Below are positions 30,116 to 40,499 of a stretch of DNA of 64,000 nt, piece by piece. Below the pieces are notes generated by a model. That model saw only the letters and a program-made list of their open reading frames with translations, did not search any database and was not told where the DNA came from. Source of the stretch: Escherichia coli. Its GTDB lineage: Bacteria; Pseudomonadota; Gammaproteobacteria; Enterobacterales; Enterobacteriaceae. The stretch's first letter is position 1. Each line of letters begins with the position of its first letter. Made by a program: the position numbers and the translations under genes. The stretch lies in assembly GCF_024298765.1 (NCBI RefSeq), contig NZ_CP101211.1; one strand, 5' to 3'.

Positions 30116-31297
30116 CTAAGACCAGCGGTAATACTTAAAGTAGTCCTCATTTACAGCCAAAAACTCCCTTAAACCGTTCATTAATCCCTTTTCAAACGCT
30201 GTAACGATAAACCGGTATCCGTCCAGTGTTTCAATGTAGTAGATCCCGCCCGGTGTTATTCCAACATGCAACACCTCGGCTGTCATCATAAACTGGCCTT
30301 CCGGAAAATCATGCGACAGGTATATAAAACCCGTCGTGGCCGGTGCGGGTGTGGCATTCACTAAGACACCGTTAAACTGCTGCCCGTGCCTCGCCGGTAC
30401 AAGCTCACTTCCCCTGGTTGACTTATCGAGCAGCCCCTTAACATCTTTTTGCTCTTTAGATGAGGTATAGCCCCGCACATCACTCCCATCACCTGGGCGA
30501 GAGCCGGTGCCGACATGTGCAAGACGACGGTAAGCGCTGCGCATATTGATGTGGCAGGATGCCCCGGCTCTACCCTGAAGCCTTACGCCAAAATCTTCGC
30601 AAAGTAATAAAATCTGACGTAGCTGGTGTTCATACACGGACGCAGAAAGTGAAAGGTTGAAACTGGAAAAGGTCAGTTCTAAAACCTTTTCCCGTTTGTC
30701 ATTGAAATGTGCTTCCAGCCTGATGATTGGCTTTTCCGACATTGCAAAAGCTTTGTCCGTTGCTCTGTACCGGCATTCATCTCCGAAACATTCTTCAACA
30801 ACGCTGGCTATAACCGTGTCGTGATCGCCATCTTCCGGAGCTGGCACAAAGATTTCAAATTGTGCCGGTGTCTCCGGCTCCAGCAGAACGGGATATAAAC
30901 GCGGAGAATTAAGCAATGCGCATTCAGAATTAATGAGCTTAACCCAGGCGCTTTTGTCGTCCGGATCCTTAAGCTGCTGTCCAAGGTTATCGCAAAAGTC
31001 TACTATCTGACGGGTATGCTCATCCGTGACTGCACAGATCAGGTTAAGACCATGCGTGGCCATACTCAATTCCCGGGTTCGGGACTGGGAATTGATCGAC
31101 CAGGGGTTAAGTGAAAGCGAAATAGGGCTTATGGAAGGGACGACCGTCTCATTCTGCAAATCTGTAAGCTGGCAGTTCGCAGTAGGCTTCGGGGAAAGGG
31201 TACTAAATATGTAACTTGCCTGTTGTTTAGTACTGGCCTGGATATAAAACATCGCGTCCATGCTTGTATCCCGGGATGAAATTGAAAATAGCTTCAT
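30116..31297 (-). CDS. hypothetical protein (393 aa) immediately downstream of HigB-like gene
   Basis: starts 9 bp after the higB-like stop; no HTH recognised. Confidence 0.5.
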   Translation of the reverse strand: MKLFSISSRDTSMDAMFYIQASTKQQASYIFSTLSPKPTANCQLTDLQNETVVPSISPISLSLNPWSINSQSRTRELSMATHGLNLICAVTDEHTRQIVDFCDNLGQQLKDPDDKSAWVKLINSECALLNSPRLYPVLLEPETPAQFEIFVPAPEDGDHDTVIASVVEECFGDECRYRATDKAFAMSEKPIIRLEAHFNDKREKVLELTFSSFNLSLSASVYEHQLRQILLLCEDFGVRLQGRAGASCHINMRSAYRRLAHVGTGSRPGDGSDVRGYTSSKEQKDVKGLLDKSTRGSELVPARHGQQFNGVLVNATPAPATTGFIYLSHDFPEGQFMMTAEVLHVGITPGGIYYIETLDGYRFIVTAFEKGLMNGLREFLAVNEDYFKYYRWS

Positions 31298-31305
31298 TTT
31301 TAACC

Positions 31306-31602
31306 TTAATGGATGAGCGATTTATAGTCATGTGCTGACAAATGGACATTATGTGCGCCATCATTCCATTCAAAGAATAATCGATACTTAGAGTTTACTC
31401 GAATGGAGGAATAACGGTTTGACGTCATTCTTAAGCGTTCATAACGCAAGCTGTTGGATAATAACTCCCGCTCACTCTGGACATTATCCAGCGTTTCGAG
31501 TCGACACAGAATCGCGTTAATAATTTCAGAAGGAATACCTGCCGTTGTTTTTCCATTACGGAAGAACTTTTCAAGCCGTCTGTCTTTAAATGAATGGATC
31601 AT
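31306..31602 (-). CDS. HigB-family (plasmid killer) toxin-like protein (98 aa)
   Basis: FKDRRLEKFF...IPSEI...SIRVNSKYRLFFEW.DG aligns with Rts1 HigB (FKDKWLEQFY...SIRVNKQYRLIFKW.DG). Confidence 0.7.
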   Translation of the reverse strand: MIHSFKDRRLEKFFRNGKTTAGIPSEIINAILCRLETLDNVQSERELLSNSLRYERLRMTSNRYSSIRVNSKYRLFFEWNDGAHNVHLSAHDYKSLIH

Positions 31603-31651
31603 AGTTCCTCCGTAATAATTGACCTTAAAATTAAATTAAAAGGGCTTTGAA

Positions 31652-32122
31652 TTAATGAATCCCTAAAATGCGGGCGGCGACTGCCAGCTGCTTATCACTT
31701 AACTGACGCTGGTGGGTTAAAGAAGACTTAAGGCTTTCCAGAAAATTATTACTGCTGGATTGCTGGGTGATTGCATCAACCATTTTTTGATGAGATCTGC
31801 ACCATGCATTGAACGCAGAGTTGTGGGCGTTTTCAGTCCTCAAACGCTCGTTTTGCAAGGATGCTGACACTTTGCGGGCAGCTTGAGCATTAATGCGGTA
31901 CAGCGCATTCAGCGTGTAAGCAGTGCGGGTCGTTTCGAGGCTGTAACCCGTGGCTTTACAAGCCATACAGCGACTTCTATAAAAATGCTTACGCTCTCCC
32001 CGACCATTGCATTTATCGCAAAGAATACGAAAAGTATATTCCGCAGTACCTTTTACAGAATCAACACAGCGGATTTTTGCGCTGGAGATTTCAATTCCAC
32101 TGCGATCATAATATTTGGTCAT
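31652..32122 (-). CDS. zinc-ribbon protein (156 aa)
   Basis: CDKC...CMAC cysteine pairs. Confidence 0.45.
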   Translation of the reverse strand: MTKYYDRSGIEISSAKIRCVDSVKGTAEYTFRILCDKCNGRGERKHFYRSRCMACKATGYSLETTRTAYTLNALYRINAQAARKVSASLQNERLRTENAHNSAFNAWCRSHQKMVDAITQQSSSNNFLESLKSSLTHQRQLSDKQLAVAARILGIH

Positions 32123-32174
32123 AATGTGATTCCTCCGGTTAGTTCTGGAGTAATCATGACAGAATGAATCTACT

Positions 32175-32189
32175 GGCTAATAACCTGAG
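32175..32189 (-). promoter_or_regulatory. GGTTATTAGCC promoter-proximal element
   Basis: minus strand CTCAGGTTATTAGCC ~60 bp upstream of 31652..32122 start. Confidence 0.45.
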
Positions 32190-32556
32190 AGTAAATATTT
32201 TAAAAAAACATTGAGAGAGGGTCTGCAAATTTATACACGAAGGATTCAAATATAATTTTGTTTAAAAAATTAAGAGCATTCTGAAGTAAAAGTGCATCAA
32301 AAAGCATTCATGGATAAATCATGTACTGGTGCCAGCCATTTAAACGCGGGCATTGTTCCGGAGTGATTAAACGGTTTAGCATCATAGATTAAAACCAAAA
32401 GGAAGGCGTCCTTCCCGTCTCGGGAATATTACTTTCCCGTTTGCAATTTAAGAGCCACTTAATGAGAAAGTAATAATTAAGTCATGCTCAACTCTACATA
32501 TTACATTGAGGATGGCGTAACAGGGTACGGCATACTACCGCACCCTTCTGAAGAGC

Positions 32557-34947
32557 TTATGTTTGAGGGAATTCTATAGCAAATGTGGCCGTGCCAGATT
32601 GACCACTTACAGCGGGAGTAACGGGATACGTGCGCTCTTCACCATTACCAAGATCCAGTGACAGCGATTTAGTTTCACCAGGCTGGACCGTAACTCCGGC
32701 AACCGTAACGCCGAACTGGGCATTTTTCTGAACAGTCAGGGTTCCGTTTAACTGTCCGGTAATGATAGAACCGTCCTGACGCCGCAACACACTGGTTCGG
32801 ATGATGGCCAGCGGCGTGTTGTCCGTTGCTTTCAGTGCTACGGCTGTGGCCAGCGTCTTGAGATTATCCAGCATAATCAGATTCGCAGGCTGGTAGGTAA
32901 AATTAAGCGTTTTAGTGGTCCGGTTACCTGATTCGTCAATAGCCAGTGCCTCCAGATGATACATCTGTCCCGATTCGTCAGTGTTGGGGAAGATTCTGGG
33001 GTATTCCGGAATAAAGACATCCTTGGATAACGGCGTGAATGCCAGGGTGACCTTTTCAGAGTTAGGTCCACCAGCGAGCTGAAGCGATGTCAGGGAAGCA
33101 TCCCCAGAGGCATCAGTAACGCTTATGCGAAGGTTCTCAAGCCCTTTAACCAGTTTTCCTTCTGCGTCTGCGCCATTAAAACTGAACGCGATAACCGGAA
33201 GCGTTGAGTCAATTTTCAGCGGTGCATTAAGCGTTTTGGTTCCGGTGTTTCCAACAAGATCCGTGGCAGAGACGCTAACCACCGTATAATCCCCGTCCGG
33301 TAGACCAGCGTATGAGAAGGTGGCGTTTTTGGTTTTATAATCGCTTTCACTGACGGTCACAGGCTTCAGCGTGAAAGGTTCCCCCCGGGCATTTTTAAGG
33401 GTGGCTTCGAAAACTTTGGTATCCCAGTAGCTGATGTTCCAGGCGTTGACGCGATCATTATCGGTGGCCGTCATAGTGATTGTCTTGGAGGCCTTGTTTA
33501 CCTGAGCGACATTAACCACCGGTGGGTTGTTATCCCAGATAACCGTAAAATTACCAGCAAGCGCATCGAATATGCTGTCACCATCTTTTCCCGAGTAAAG
33601 GTGCAGATACTCAAATCCTTTGTCACTGGTGTAGTTGAAGTTAACCGTCATCTCGCATGAACTTTGTCCGATAGGTATAGTGCAGAACCAGGCTGCATTT
33701 TTTACCGTTCTGAACTTTTGCACGTATGGTCGGGGTTCAGCGGTTACCTTTATGCGGCTAATGGTGGCGGTTTTAACGCTGATTGAGGCCTGAGTTAACC
33801 ACTCACTGGTATCACTCCGGTACATCTCTTTAGCCACTATCTTCGGGGCTATTTCCATCGCCGGGGCTGGAGTGAAGTTGAGGGAGTTATGATGAATTCG
33901 TCTTACTCCTCCTGCCAGAGTCTGGAATTCATGATAAGTATCCCCCACATTGGGATATATGTATTTGAAAGTATAAATATTATAAGTGCTATCGGACGTC
34001 TGGAAATTCGAGTCCGCCCAGCCATATTTGGAACCGTTAACAGCAGTAAAGTCACTTTTTTTCCTTAATACCCGTACGGAAATAGGGTTCTGGAAGACGG
34101 TCATGCCAGACTGATAAGTGACCCATGATCCGGTAGTGGCGTCCTGCACCTGGATGATATCGTCAGGCTTAACCCGATCAATTACGCTTCGGCGGCTTAG
34201 TTCGATCCTGTTTCCCGCTTTGTCATAAAGGTAGATCCCCACTTTATATTCAGAGCGGTTTTCCGGTGCCAGGGCATTGCTGCTTGCGTCGGCGACTTGA
34301 ACGGTTACGCTACCTTCCACTGTATTAATTTCCGCTGGCTTTTTACGCTCCACTCCAGCGGCATCGGTTATGAAATATTCAGCATTAGCAAGCCCGGAAC
34401 CTTTATCACTCAGTCCATTAAAGACCAGTGCCTGGACGCTGGCGTACTGCATACCGGCTGGTACTGAAGTGAAGATCGCTTCGCTGCCAAAGTTCCACCC
34501 GTTTCTCGTATAACTTATGGTACCCGTTGCCGGAGGCGTTCGGTCAATTGCAAGCGGGTAATCCTGCCGGGAGACCTCCTTCCCTTGCAAGTCGGTAATC
34601 ACCTCTCTGAGGGTGAAGCTATCTTCTCCCATCGCTGGTACGGTCAGAGTCTTGCCGTAATAATCAAAGCCTGTCGAAGATGTGGTACGGTCATCTACGG
34701 TAACCAGGCTGCTTTTCGTGCTCCAGATGAGGCTCCCGTCACTTTTCAGCAGACTGAGCGTAATATAACGGTCCAGACCGGAAATAACGGCAACGTCAAA
34801 GCTCGTTACCGGATTAATCCATACGGATGCAGGCGATACGGTCTTTTTAACGTTCAGGGTATCTTTAAAGCTGAATTCTGCGATTTCAGCGGAAGCTCCT
34901 GCGCTGAAACCTGCAAATGCAATAAGCAGGGCTAGTTTGATTTTCAT
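32557..34947 (-). CDS. secreted Ig-like repeat protein, paralog 1 (~796 aa)
   Basis: Sec signal peptide MKIKLALLIAFAGFSAGASA; repeated D-x-T-P-P domain starts; paralog of 40500..42920 and 48582..51038; start chosen at the internal Met with AGGAGA RBS. Confidence 0.7.
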   Translation of the reverse strand: MKIKLALLIAFAGFSAGASAEIAEFSFKDTLNVKKTVSPASVWINPVTSFDVAVISGLDRYITLSLLKSDGSLIWSTKSSLVTVDDRTTSSTGFDYYGKTLTVPAMGEDSFTLREVITDLQGKEVSRQDYPLAIDRTPPATGTISYTRNGWNFGSEAIFTSVPAGMQYASVQALVFNGLSDKGSGLANAEYFITDAAGVERKKPAEINTVEGSVTVQVADASSNALAPENRSEYKVGIYLYDKAGNRIELSRRSVIDRVKPDDIIQVQDATTGSWVTYQSGMTVFQNPISVRVLRKKSDFTAVNGSKYGWADSNFQTSDSTYNIYTFKYIYPNVGDTYHEFQTLAGGVRRIHHNSLNFTPAPAMEIAPKIVAKEMYRSDTSEWLTQASISVKTATISRIKVTAEPRPYVQKFRTVKNAAWFCTIPIGQSSCEMTVNFNYTSDKGFEYLHLYSGKDGDSIFDALAGNFTVIWDNNPPVVNVAQVNKASKTITMTATDNDRVNAWNISYWDTKVFEATLKNARGEPFTLKPVTVSESDYKTKNATFSYAGLPDGDYTVVSVSATDLVGNTGTKTLNAPLKIDSTLPVIAFSFNGADAEGKLVKGLENLRISVTDASGDASLTSLQLAGGPNSEKVTLAFTPLSKDVFIPEYPRIFPNTDESGQMYHLEALAIDESGNRTTKTLNFTYQPANLIMLDNLKTLATAVALKATDNTPLAIIRTSVLRRQDGSIITGQLNGTLTVQKNAQFGVTVAGVTVQPGETKSLSLDLGNGEERTYPVTPAVSGQSGTATFAIEFPQT

Positions 34948-35081
34948 GGGTTGTCTCCTGATCAGGTTCCCCATGATACTTTTTCAGTGTTCGAGATCTT
35001 TTCGGGAAAATAGCTAATTTTAATGTTTTTCTTTTCTGCCCGGCGGGACTTGTTTTGTTTACGTAAATGCAAAAATACAAG

Positions 35082-35095
35082 AAAAGTTACTTTTT
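35082..35095. promoter_or_regulatory. AAAAGTTACTTTTT palindrome copy followed by TGATAG
   Basis: ~110 bp upstream of paralog 1; extended match to the copy at 51259. Confidence 0.5.
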
Positions 35096-35350
35096 GATAG
35101 GGTTAAAATTAGGTTTTCCCAATTTCCAGAAGCAAGCGAAAGCAGAACTAGCTTAATAGCCATTAAAAACGCCATGCCTATTGATAAATAAAGCTCATTA
35201 CATTTAATGATTAGAGCATTTAAAACTGAATTAGCGAAAGAATTTCGGTTAGCTTTTTATTGCATGAGTGAAACAGTATTAATAATCCGGAGCCATCAGA
35301 ACGTACTCTAAAGACTCCGGTATACAGATATCTTGCCAGTAAAAATGGCC

Positions 35351-35602
35351 TTACTCCTCATCATCCCCCAGCGCTTTTTTGATGGCGCGGCGGCGGGCTG
35401 CATCACCTACACGATATCCGACTGAATATACGTCATTCAACCGGCGCAGAATAAGATTTATTTCCTCATCCTGAATGTAGGCAGGTAAACACAGAACTAC
35501 GTCGCCATCTTCATCATAGACTCGAACAACTTCCTTCTGCCCATCTCGCTCGCGAATAATCTGGACATGCTGAACCCTGGTGTAATCTGGGATTACGCTC
35601 AT
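35351..35602 (-). CDS. hypothetical protein (83 aa)
   Basis: ORF. Confidence 0.4.
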   Translation of the reverse strand: MSVIPDYTRVQHVQIIRERDGQKEVVRVYDEDGDVVLCLPAYIQDEEINLILRRLNDVYSVGYRVGDAARRRAIKKALGDDEE

Positions 35603-35809
35603 TTTAAATATCTCTCTTTAATTGTTGTTACCAGTTAGCTATAAGCCGGTTTATTCAGGTACTCAGTGTTCTGCACAGCAATCGCCTGTTCGTGGATCAT
35701 TAACACTGCTGGGCGGGCTTTAAGGCGCTTGCTGGTGAGAAAACGCTTCACTTCTTTAAGTTCGCTGCCAGCCGACAGCATATTGAAGACATGCTGTTTG
35801 AGACTGTTG

Positions 35810-36067
35810 TTATTTTTGGCCACTTGTTTCTCCATCATCTTTGTACATGGTTGTGTCGGGCTGGCCTGCCAGATCACACACGTTATCCATATGCTTTTGG
35901 ACCCAGTCTGTTAGACCCAGGCCTTCGGCCTTTGCCTGATTGACGTAACGCAGTTTCCGATCAGGGGTAACCCGCATCTGTAGTTGTGCCGTCGCTGGAA
36001 CCGCCTCTTTCAGGGCGTTAAGGCCCCTCTGATCACGGGCCTGATTTGATGGTTTACCGTTTGGCAT
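35810..36067 (-). CDS. putative ribbon-helix-helix DNA-binding protein (85 aa)
   Basis: paralog of 9046..9402 (QLQMRVTPDRKLRYVNQAKAEGLGLTDWV). Confidence 0.4.
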   Translation of the reverse strand: MPNGKPSNQARDQRGLNALKEAVPATAQLQMRVTPDRKLRYVNQAKAEGLGLTDWVQKHMDNVCDLAGQPDTTMYKDDGETSGQK

Positions 36068-36491
36068 CTGAGGTATCGCTCTCCCGGCGAGCGGTGGACG
36101 ACTCTAATTCTTTTGCGATTGCTTTATCTACGGCATCCAGCTGCATAGCAAACTTGATTTCAAGCGAACAGCGTAATGCCTTCAGGGCGCGTTCTTTGGT
36201 GCTGTATTGTGGTATGCCGTTCTGGCTACCATTCATGCCTCGCATGCGGCGGGAGGTTGCATCGACAACCTCTCCCTCTTCCCGTGTGCCGTGAACCGTA
36301 GTTCCGCTCCATGTCGGATAAACAGTGCCAGTGGCGGTGTTGAAGCTCCAGCCGTTTTGGTATTCCCCCGAGACCTCTGGTACGGGCATATCGCGTTCAA
36401 CGCTATAGTCAGACCAGCGTAAAGCGCGGTTTATTCTGGCCTGTGCCACCAGCTCATCATAGGCGGCTTGTTCTTTTTTATTCATCGCCAT
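36054..36491 (-). CDS. hypothetical protein (145 aa)
   Basis: ORF. Confidence 0.45.
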   Translation of the reverse strand: MAMNKKEQAAYDELVAQARINRALRWSDYSVERDMPVPEVSGEYQNGWSFNTATGTVYPTWSGTTVHGTREEGEVVDATSRRMRGMNGSQNGIPQYSTKERALKALRCSLEIKFAMQLDAVDKAIAKELESSTARRESDTSDAKR

Positions 36492-36594
36492 TTAGGGCAA
36501 TCTCCTTAAAGGGGAATTAGGTGTTATATCGGTACGTAAGTGCTTTTCAGGCCTAATCTCTGACAAGGCCTGATGTGCCAGACTGCCGTTGCAT

Positions 36595-37119
36595 TCACCG
36601 TTTTATGGCGGTTGACTGAGCCTCATTAAGAGCCGCAATTAGTTCAGGCGAAGTCGGCTCCAGATTTTTGGAAGCGTTCAGCAGCTCCTTAAGTGAAGAG
36701 ATTTCCTTTGGCTCTACCTGGTTTGCTTCAGGAGCCGTTTTTTGAACTTCATCCAGAGTACGCTGTGCACCGTTATCCAGCACCAGCACACCCCCAGCAC
36801 GAATTTCTGAAATGGTGCGCACCGTATACATCATTTTATCCCAGACACGGCTACCAACCTCGATCCCGGAATCAGCTACTTTTTTTTCATTATGCTTTTG
36901 AAAAATTTCTTCTAACCATGTGGTGAAGCGCTTTCCAAAAGTATTGGCGGCTAAAGAAGTGCAGGAATAAACCTGTTCGACCTGTTTTGTTCCATTTTTA
37001 TCAGTGAATGTAATGAGACCGATTCGTCCACTGTTAACAGTGTAAAAGCGAGGTTGAAAGCCAGCTTTGAGAAGGTTTTCAATAGCTGAAAAAAAATCTT
37101 TTTTGAGCATCGGTTTCAA
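36595..37119 (-). CDS. hypothetical protein (174 aa)
   Basis: ORF. Confidence 0.5.
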   Translation of the reverse strand: MKPMLKKDFFSAIENLLKAGFQPRFYTVNSGRIGLITFTDKNGTKQVEQVYSCTSLAANTFGKRFTTWLEEIFQKHNEKKVADSGIEVGSRVWDKMMYTVRTISEIRAGGVLVLDNGAQRTLDEVQKTAPEANQVEPKEISSLKELLNASKNLEPTSPELIAALNEAQSTAIKR

Positions 37120-37439
37120 GATGGTTTTCCTTTTATGCCCGGTGCCGCCGGGACGGTGGCATTAAATATACGCCATGTAAGTAAATTAATTTTTACCCAT
37201 TTGATTGTCAATACAAACAAAAAATAAACCATGTTTATTATTTTACCAGCGATGCTATTTTAAAGTCCGTCTAAAATAAAAAACCAAAAAGTTAAATTTG
37301 AAGCCATCCTTCCTAAATTCATTTCTTGCGCATATTAGCCCCTGCTTTAAGTATATAATTTTTGAAAAAGTTGTCTGGAGGTTATTAGCTCGTGCATCTG
37401 GATTGTTAATATAAAGCCAACACAGAAAAGGAAAACAAA

Positions 37440-38204
37440 ATGTATAAATTAGTATCTCCTCGTGAACTGACTGAGATTATTACCGGTTTACTGCTTAAAC
37501 CTGAACTCCTTGGTGAGCTGGACTCACCAGAAAAGCATCGGATGTTTATGGCAGATTTAGGCCGGGTGGTGGCAGAACATTGTGGAGGTCTGGTAAACAG
37601 CGTCGTCTTGCCAGGAGCTGAAGTTACAGTGCCGGATGGGTTACCGCTTAACGGCCAGCCAGTACGTTATCTCGGAATCAAAGAGAGCATCCCTCACCTC
37701 CTTGTAGAGCCTGATGCTTCCTTACCTTCGCTCGCTAAAAACGTCTGGATGTATGCAGATCCTGAAGGCTGGAAAGAACATTTTGGAGCTGAGGAAGACT
37801 GCCTTACTCATGAAATGATGCAGCTGTTCCGTAAAGGTATCCAGGCTCTTCAGAAGGAGCATGATACCCCTGAAATTAGCCTCACACTTCAGGACTGGCG
37901 CCTGGAGGAGGAAACACTGAGAGAAGAGGACAGTCAGGCCTATCAGGTCAGCGTTACCGGCCAACATAACATCCACTGTGAAGTTGTTAACAAGGAAGGT
38001 AACCCCTGTTTTGGTGTCATGTTCGAAATCGATCAGGGTGTGCCTGCCTTACACATCAACACCGGCGGGGATATGTTGCTCCACATTCATTGCGCCCATA
38101 ACGGACTCGTTCTGACCCCTGATGCAAGCGGTCAGCGATTTGAGAAGGCTCCCGTTGACCGCTTCGCTTATAACAGCCCATCCCTGCTGTTGTCTGCCGA
38201 CTAA
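37440..38204 (+). CDS. hypothetical protein (254 aa)
   Basis: first gene of plus-strand block. Confidence 0.5.
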   Translation: MYKLVSPRELTEIITGLLLKPELLGELDSPEKHRMFMADLGRVVAEHCGGLVNSVVLPGAEVTVPDGLPLNGQPVRYLGIKESIPHLLVEPDASLPSLAKNVWMYADPEGWKEHFGAEEDCLTHEMMQLFRKGIQALQKEHDTPEISLTLQDWRLEEETLREEDSQAYQVSVTGQHNIHCEVVNKEGNPCFGVMFEIDQGVPALHINTGGDMLLHIHCAHNGLVLTPDASGQRFEKAPVDRFAYNSPSLLLSAD

Positions 38205-38284
38205 CCAAGGCCAAATCTGAATTGTCCTGTTTAAGTAACCAACCCGCTGCCGCCAGGCGGGTAAATCCTCTTAATGGAGTTTTA

Positions 38285-39046
38285 ATGCAAATCTCAACTG
38301 AAGTTCTGAACGTCTTATCTCGCTGCCGTGCTGAAGGGAACTTTCTTTTCCTGGCCGACCAGCTCGACCGCAGCATTTATGTTAAGACAAACAAAGTGCT
38401 GGAAGCTGCCGGTGGCAAATGGAACCGAAAAGAGCAGGCACATATTTTTACGGCGGATGCAGCTGAGCGTATCGAGCAAATCATTCTGACAGGTTCGGTC
38501 GACATCCCACGTGATTTGTTCAATTTCTTCCCTACCCCTGAGAATTTAGTCACAGATATGGTTCTACGCGCTGAACCAGCTGCCGGGGAACGTGTTCTGG
38601 AGCCTGAGTTTGGTGATGGCCGCATTCTGAAAGCCTTAAAACTGGCGGCTCCGGATGCATTGATTACCGGGATCGAATTGAACGATGAGCGATTCCTTGC
38701 AGTGAAGAACGATAGTGTCCTTAGCACAGGGGCCGAGCTGGTGCATACCGACTTTCTTGGGTACCAGCCCGATGAAACTTTTGATGTTATCGTTATGAAT
38801 CCACCATTCCTTAAACGCTCTGACGTTAAACATGTCATGCATGCCATCGCAATGCTCGCTAAGCGAGGTCGCTTACAGGCCATTCTGTCAGCTGGGGTAT
38901 TGTTCCGGGAAGACACACTGACAAAAGCGCTCAGGGAGCGAGTCAAACAACTTGGCGGACAAATTTCGCCTCTTCCGGATGATACATTTAGGGAGTCCGG
39001 AACAAAGGTCAAAACAGCCCGCCTTGAAATTGATCTTCGCCGCTAA
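38285..39046 (+). CDS. orphan DNA methyltransferase (NPPF motif, likely N6-adenine)
   Basis: VIVMNPPF catalytic motif; start taken at the internal ATG with GGAG RBS. Confidence 0.7.
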   Translation: MQISTEVLNVLSRCRAEGNFLFLADQLDRSIYVKTNKVLEAAGGKWNRKEQAHIFTADAAERIEQIILTGSVDIPRDLFNFFPTPENLVTDMVLRAEPAAGERVLEPEFGDGRILKALKLAAPDALITGIELNDERFLAVKNDSVLSTGAELVHTDFLGYQPDETFDVIVMNPPFLKRSDVKHVMHAIAMLAKRGRLQAILSAGVLFREDTLTKALRERVKQLGGQISPLPDDTFRESGTKVKTARLEIDLRR

Positions 39047-39139
39047 CTGACAAGCAACCGGAAAGAAATCTTAATACGAGTAGCCGGTTAAAGTTACCTG
39101 ACCGGCTTAACTGACTAAATCAATAAAGAGTGAACAGAA

Positions 39140-39403
39140 ATGACGCATACTGCCGTTTCTCAGGCTAATAGTGCTTTGCAGCTACCCACGCTGGAGCATG
39201 TCTACGCACTTCTGAAAGCAAATTGTAAACCTGACCGCTTTGACGGGCGTGACGGCCCCGTGTGGGGCCAGGAATACTCGTGGAATCTGGCAAAAGATCG
39301 CTTACAGGATCTGGAGAAATACGGTAAGGCATATGTCTCCCGTCATGAAGACCGTATGGGGGAAGGATTTAGTTTTGGTCCTGACCTGTTAATTATTCGC
39401 TAA
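39140..39403 (+). CDS. hypothetical protein (87 aa)
   Basis: ORF. Confidence 0.4.
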   Translation: MTHTAVSQANSALQLPTLEHVYALLKANCKPDRFDGRDGPVWGQEYSWNLAKDRLQDLEKYGKAYVSRHEDRMGEGFSFGPDLLIIR

Positions 39404-39423
39404 CGCTCTTAAGGCCTGATGAT

Positions 39424-40035
39424 ATGGTAAGCACAACTGGAAAAAATATGTTTTCAAAGCCTATGACCACTTTCACACCAGAACGTATTGAACAAATTTT
39501 GGAATTTTCCGAGGGTAGTAACCCAAGCGAAGCAATGAGTCTTAGAGCTGACGAAGTTGCTGTACTGGCACGTATTGGAAAGGCAGTTATGTCGATTGCG
39601 CCTGTTTATCAGTGCGAGTTTTGCCACCATGACGCAACCGGGCAACTTCAGTGGCACTGGGAAGATGTGAACAAAGCTTTTTATGATAAATACGATCCAG
39701 ACAGACGCGGAAGACGTCGAATCCTCTATACCGCCCCGCCGATGCCTTTAGTTTCGGCTGACCTGCTTAACATGGCTTCATCTGCTATTGAAGACTTGCT
39801 CACTAACAAAGACAGAAGTGGTGCGGGAATGTGGAATGACATTCCAGAACAGCTACGACGCGCAGCAGAACTGGTAATGGATAATAGCCGGGCCGCTGAA
39901 ATAGAAGCGATGCTGATGCGTCTTTATGTAGAATGTGACACCGGTGAGCGCAGAGGCAACGGCAGTCAATCTGGCGTAGCAATGCCTTCGTGGCAAACCG
40001 TTGAAGAGGCACGTGTGTTGCTGGGGGTGAAATGA
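39424..40035 (+). CDS. hypothetical protein (203 aa)
   Basis: ORF. Confidence 0.5.
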   Translation: MVSTTGKNMFSKPMTTFTPERIEQILEFSEGSNPSEAMSLRADEVAVLARIGKAVMSIAPVYQCEFCHHDATGQLQWHWEDVNKAFYDKYDPDRRGRRRILYTAPPMPLVSADLLNMASSAIEDLLTNKDRSGAGMWNDIPEQLRRAAELVMDNSRAAEIEAMLMRLYVECDTGERRGNGSQSGVAMPSWQTVEEARVLLGVK

Positions 40036-40499
40036 TGCAGTTCTCGCCAGGGCAGTTTGTAATTCACAACAAGAAGCGCCTTGCGGAACGAAGGTAGACG
40101 TACTGACTGAGGTTCACTCCCCTCTCGACTGGTGGCGTAATACCGCCAGGTTTTGATTCATATATGCCGTCCGTTAACGCATTTATATCTGTCATACCTA
40201 ATTTATCCTGATTCTTTTTTACACAAAGTAAAAGCATCACTTAATGCGATATGTGGATGCCGATAGTTTCAGGCTAATGTTATAAGTTTTGCAATCGTTG
40301 CCAGTTTGGATACCACAGCAATGTCAGATGTAATTCCAAAAAGAAAGATTTACGTCCTGAACGCACAATAAGGTTTGTCGAAAGGCAAATTATAGATTTG
40401 TAATTTCGAGCACCATATGGAGAAGTTTTTTATACTTTTACGAACATAGTGACCTTTAGGAAAAGCTTAAAATAACACCAAACCTAAAGGGGAATAAGA

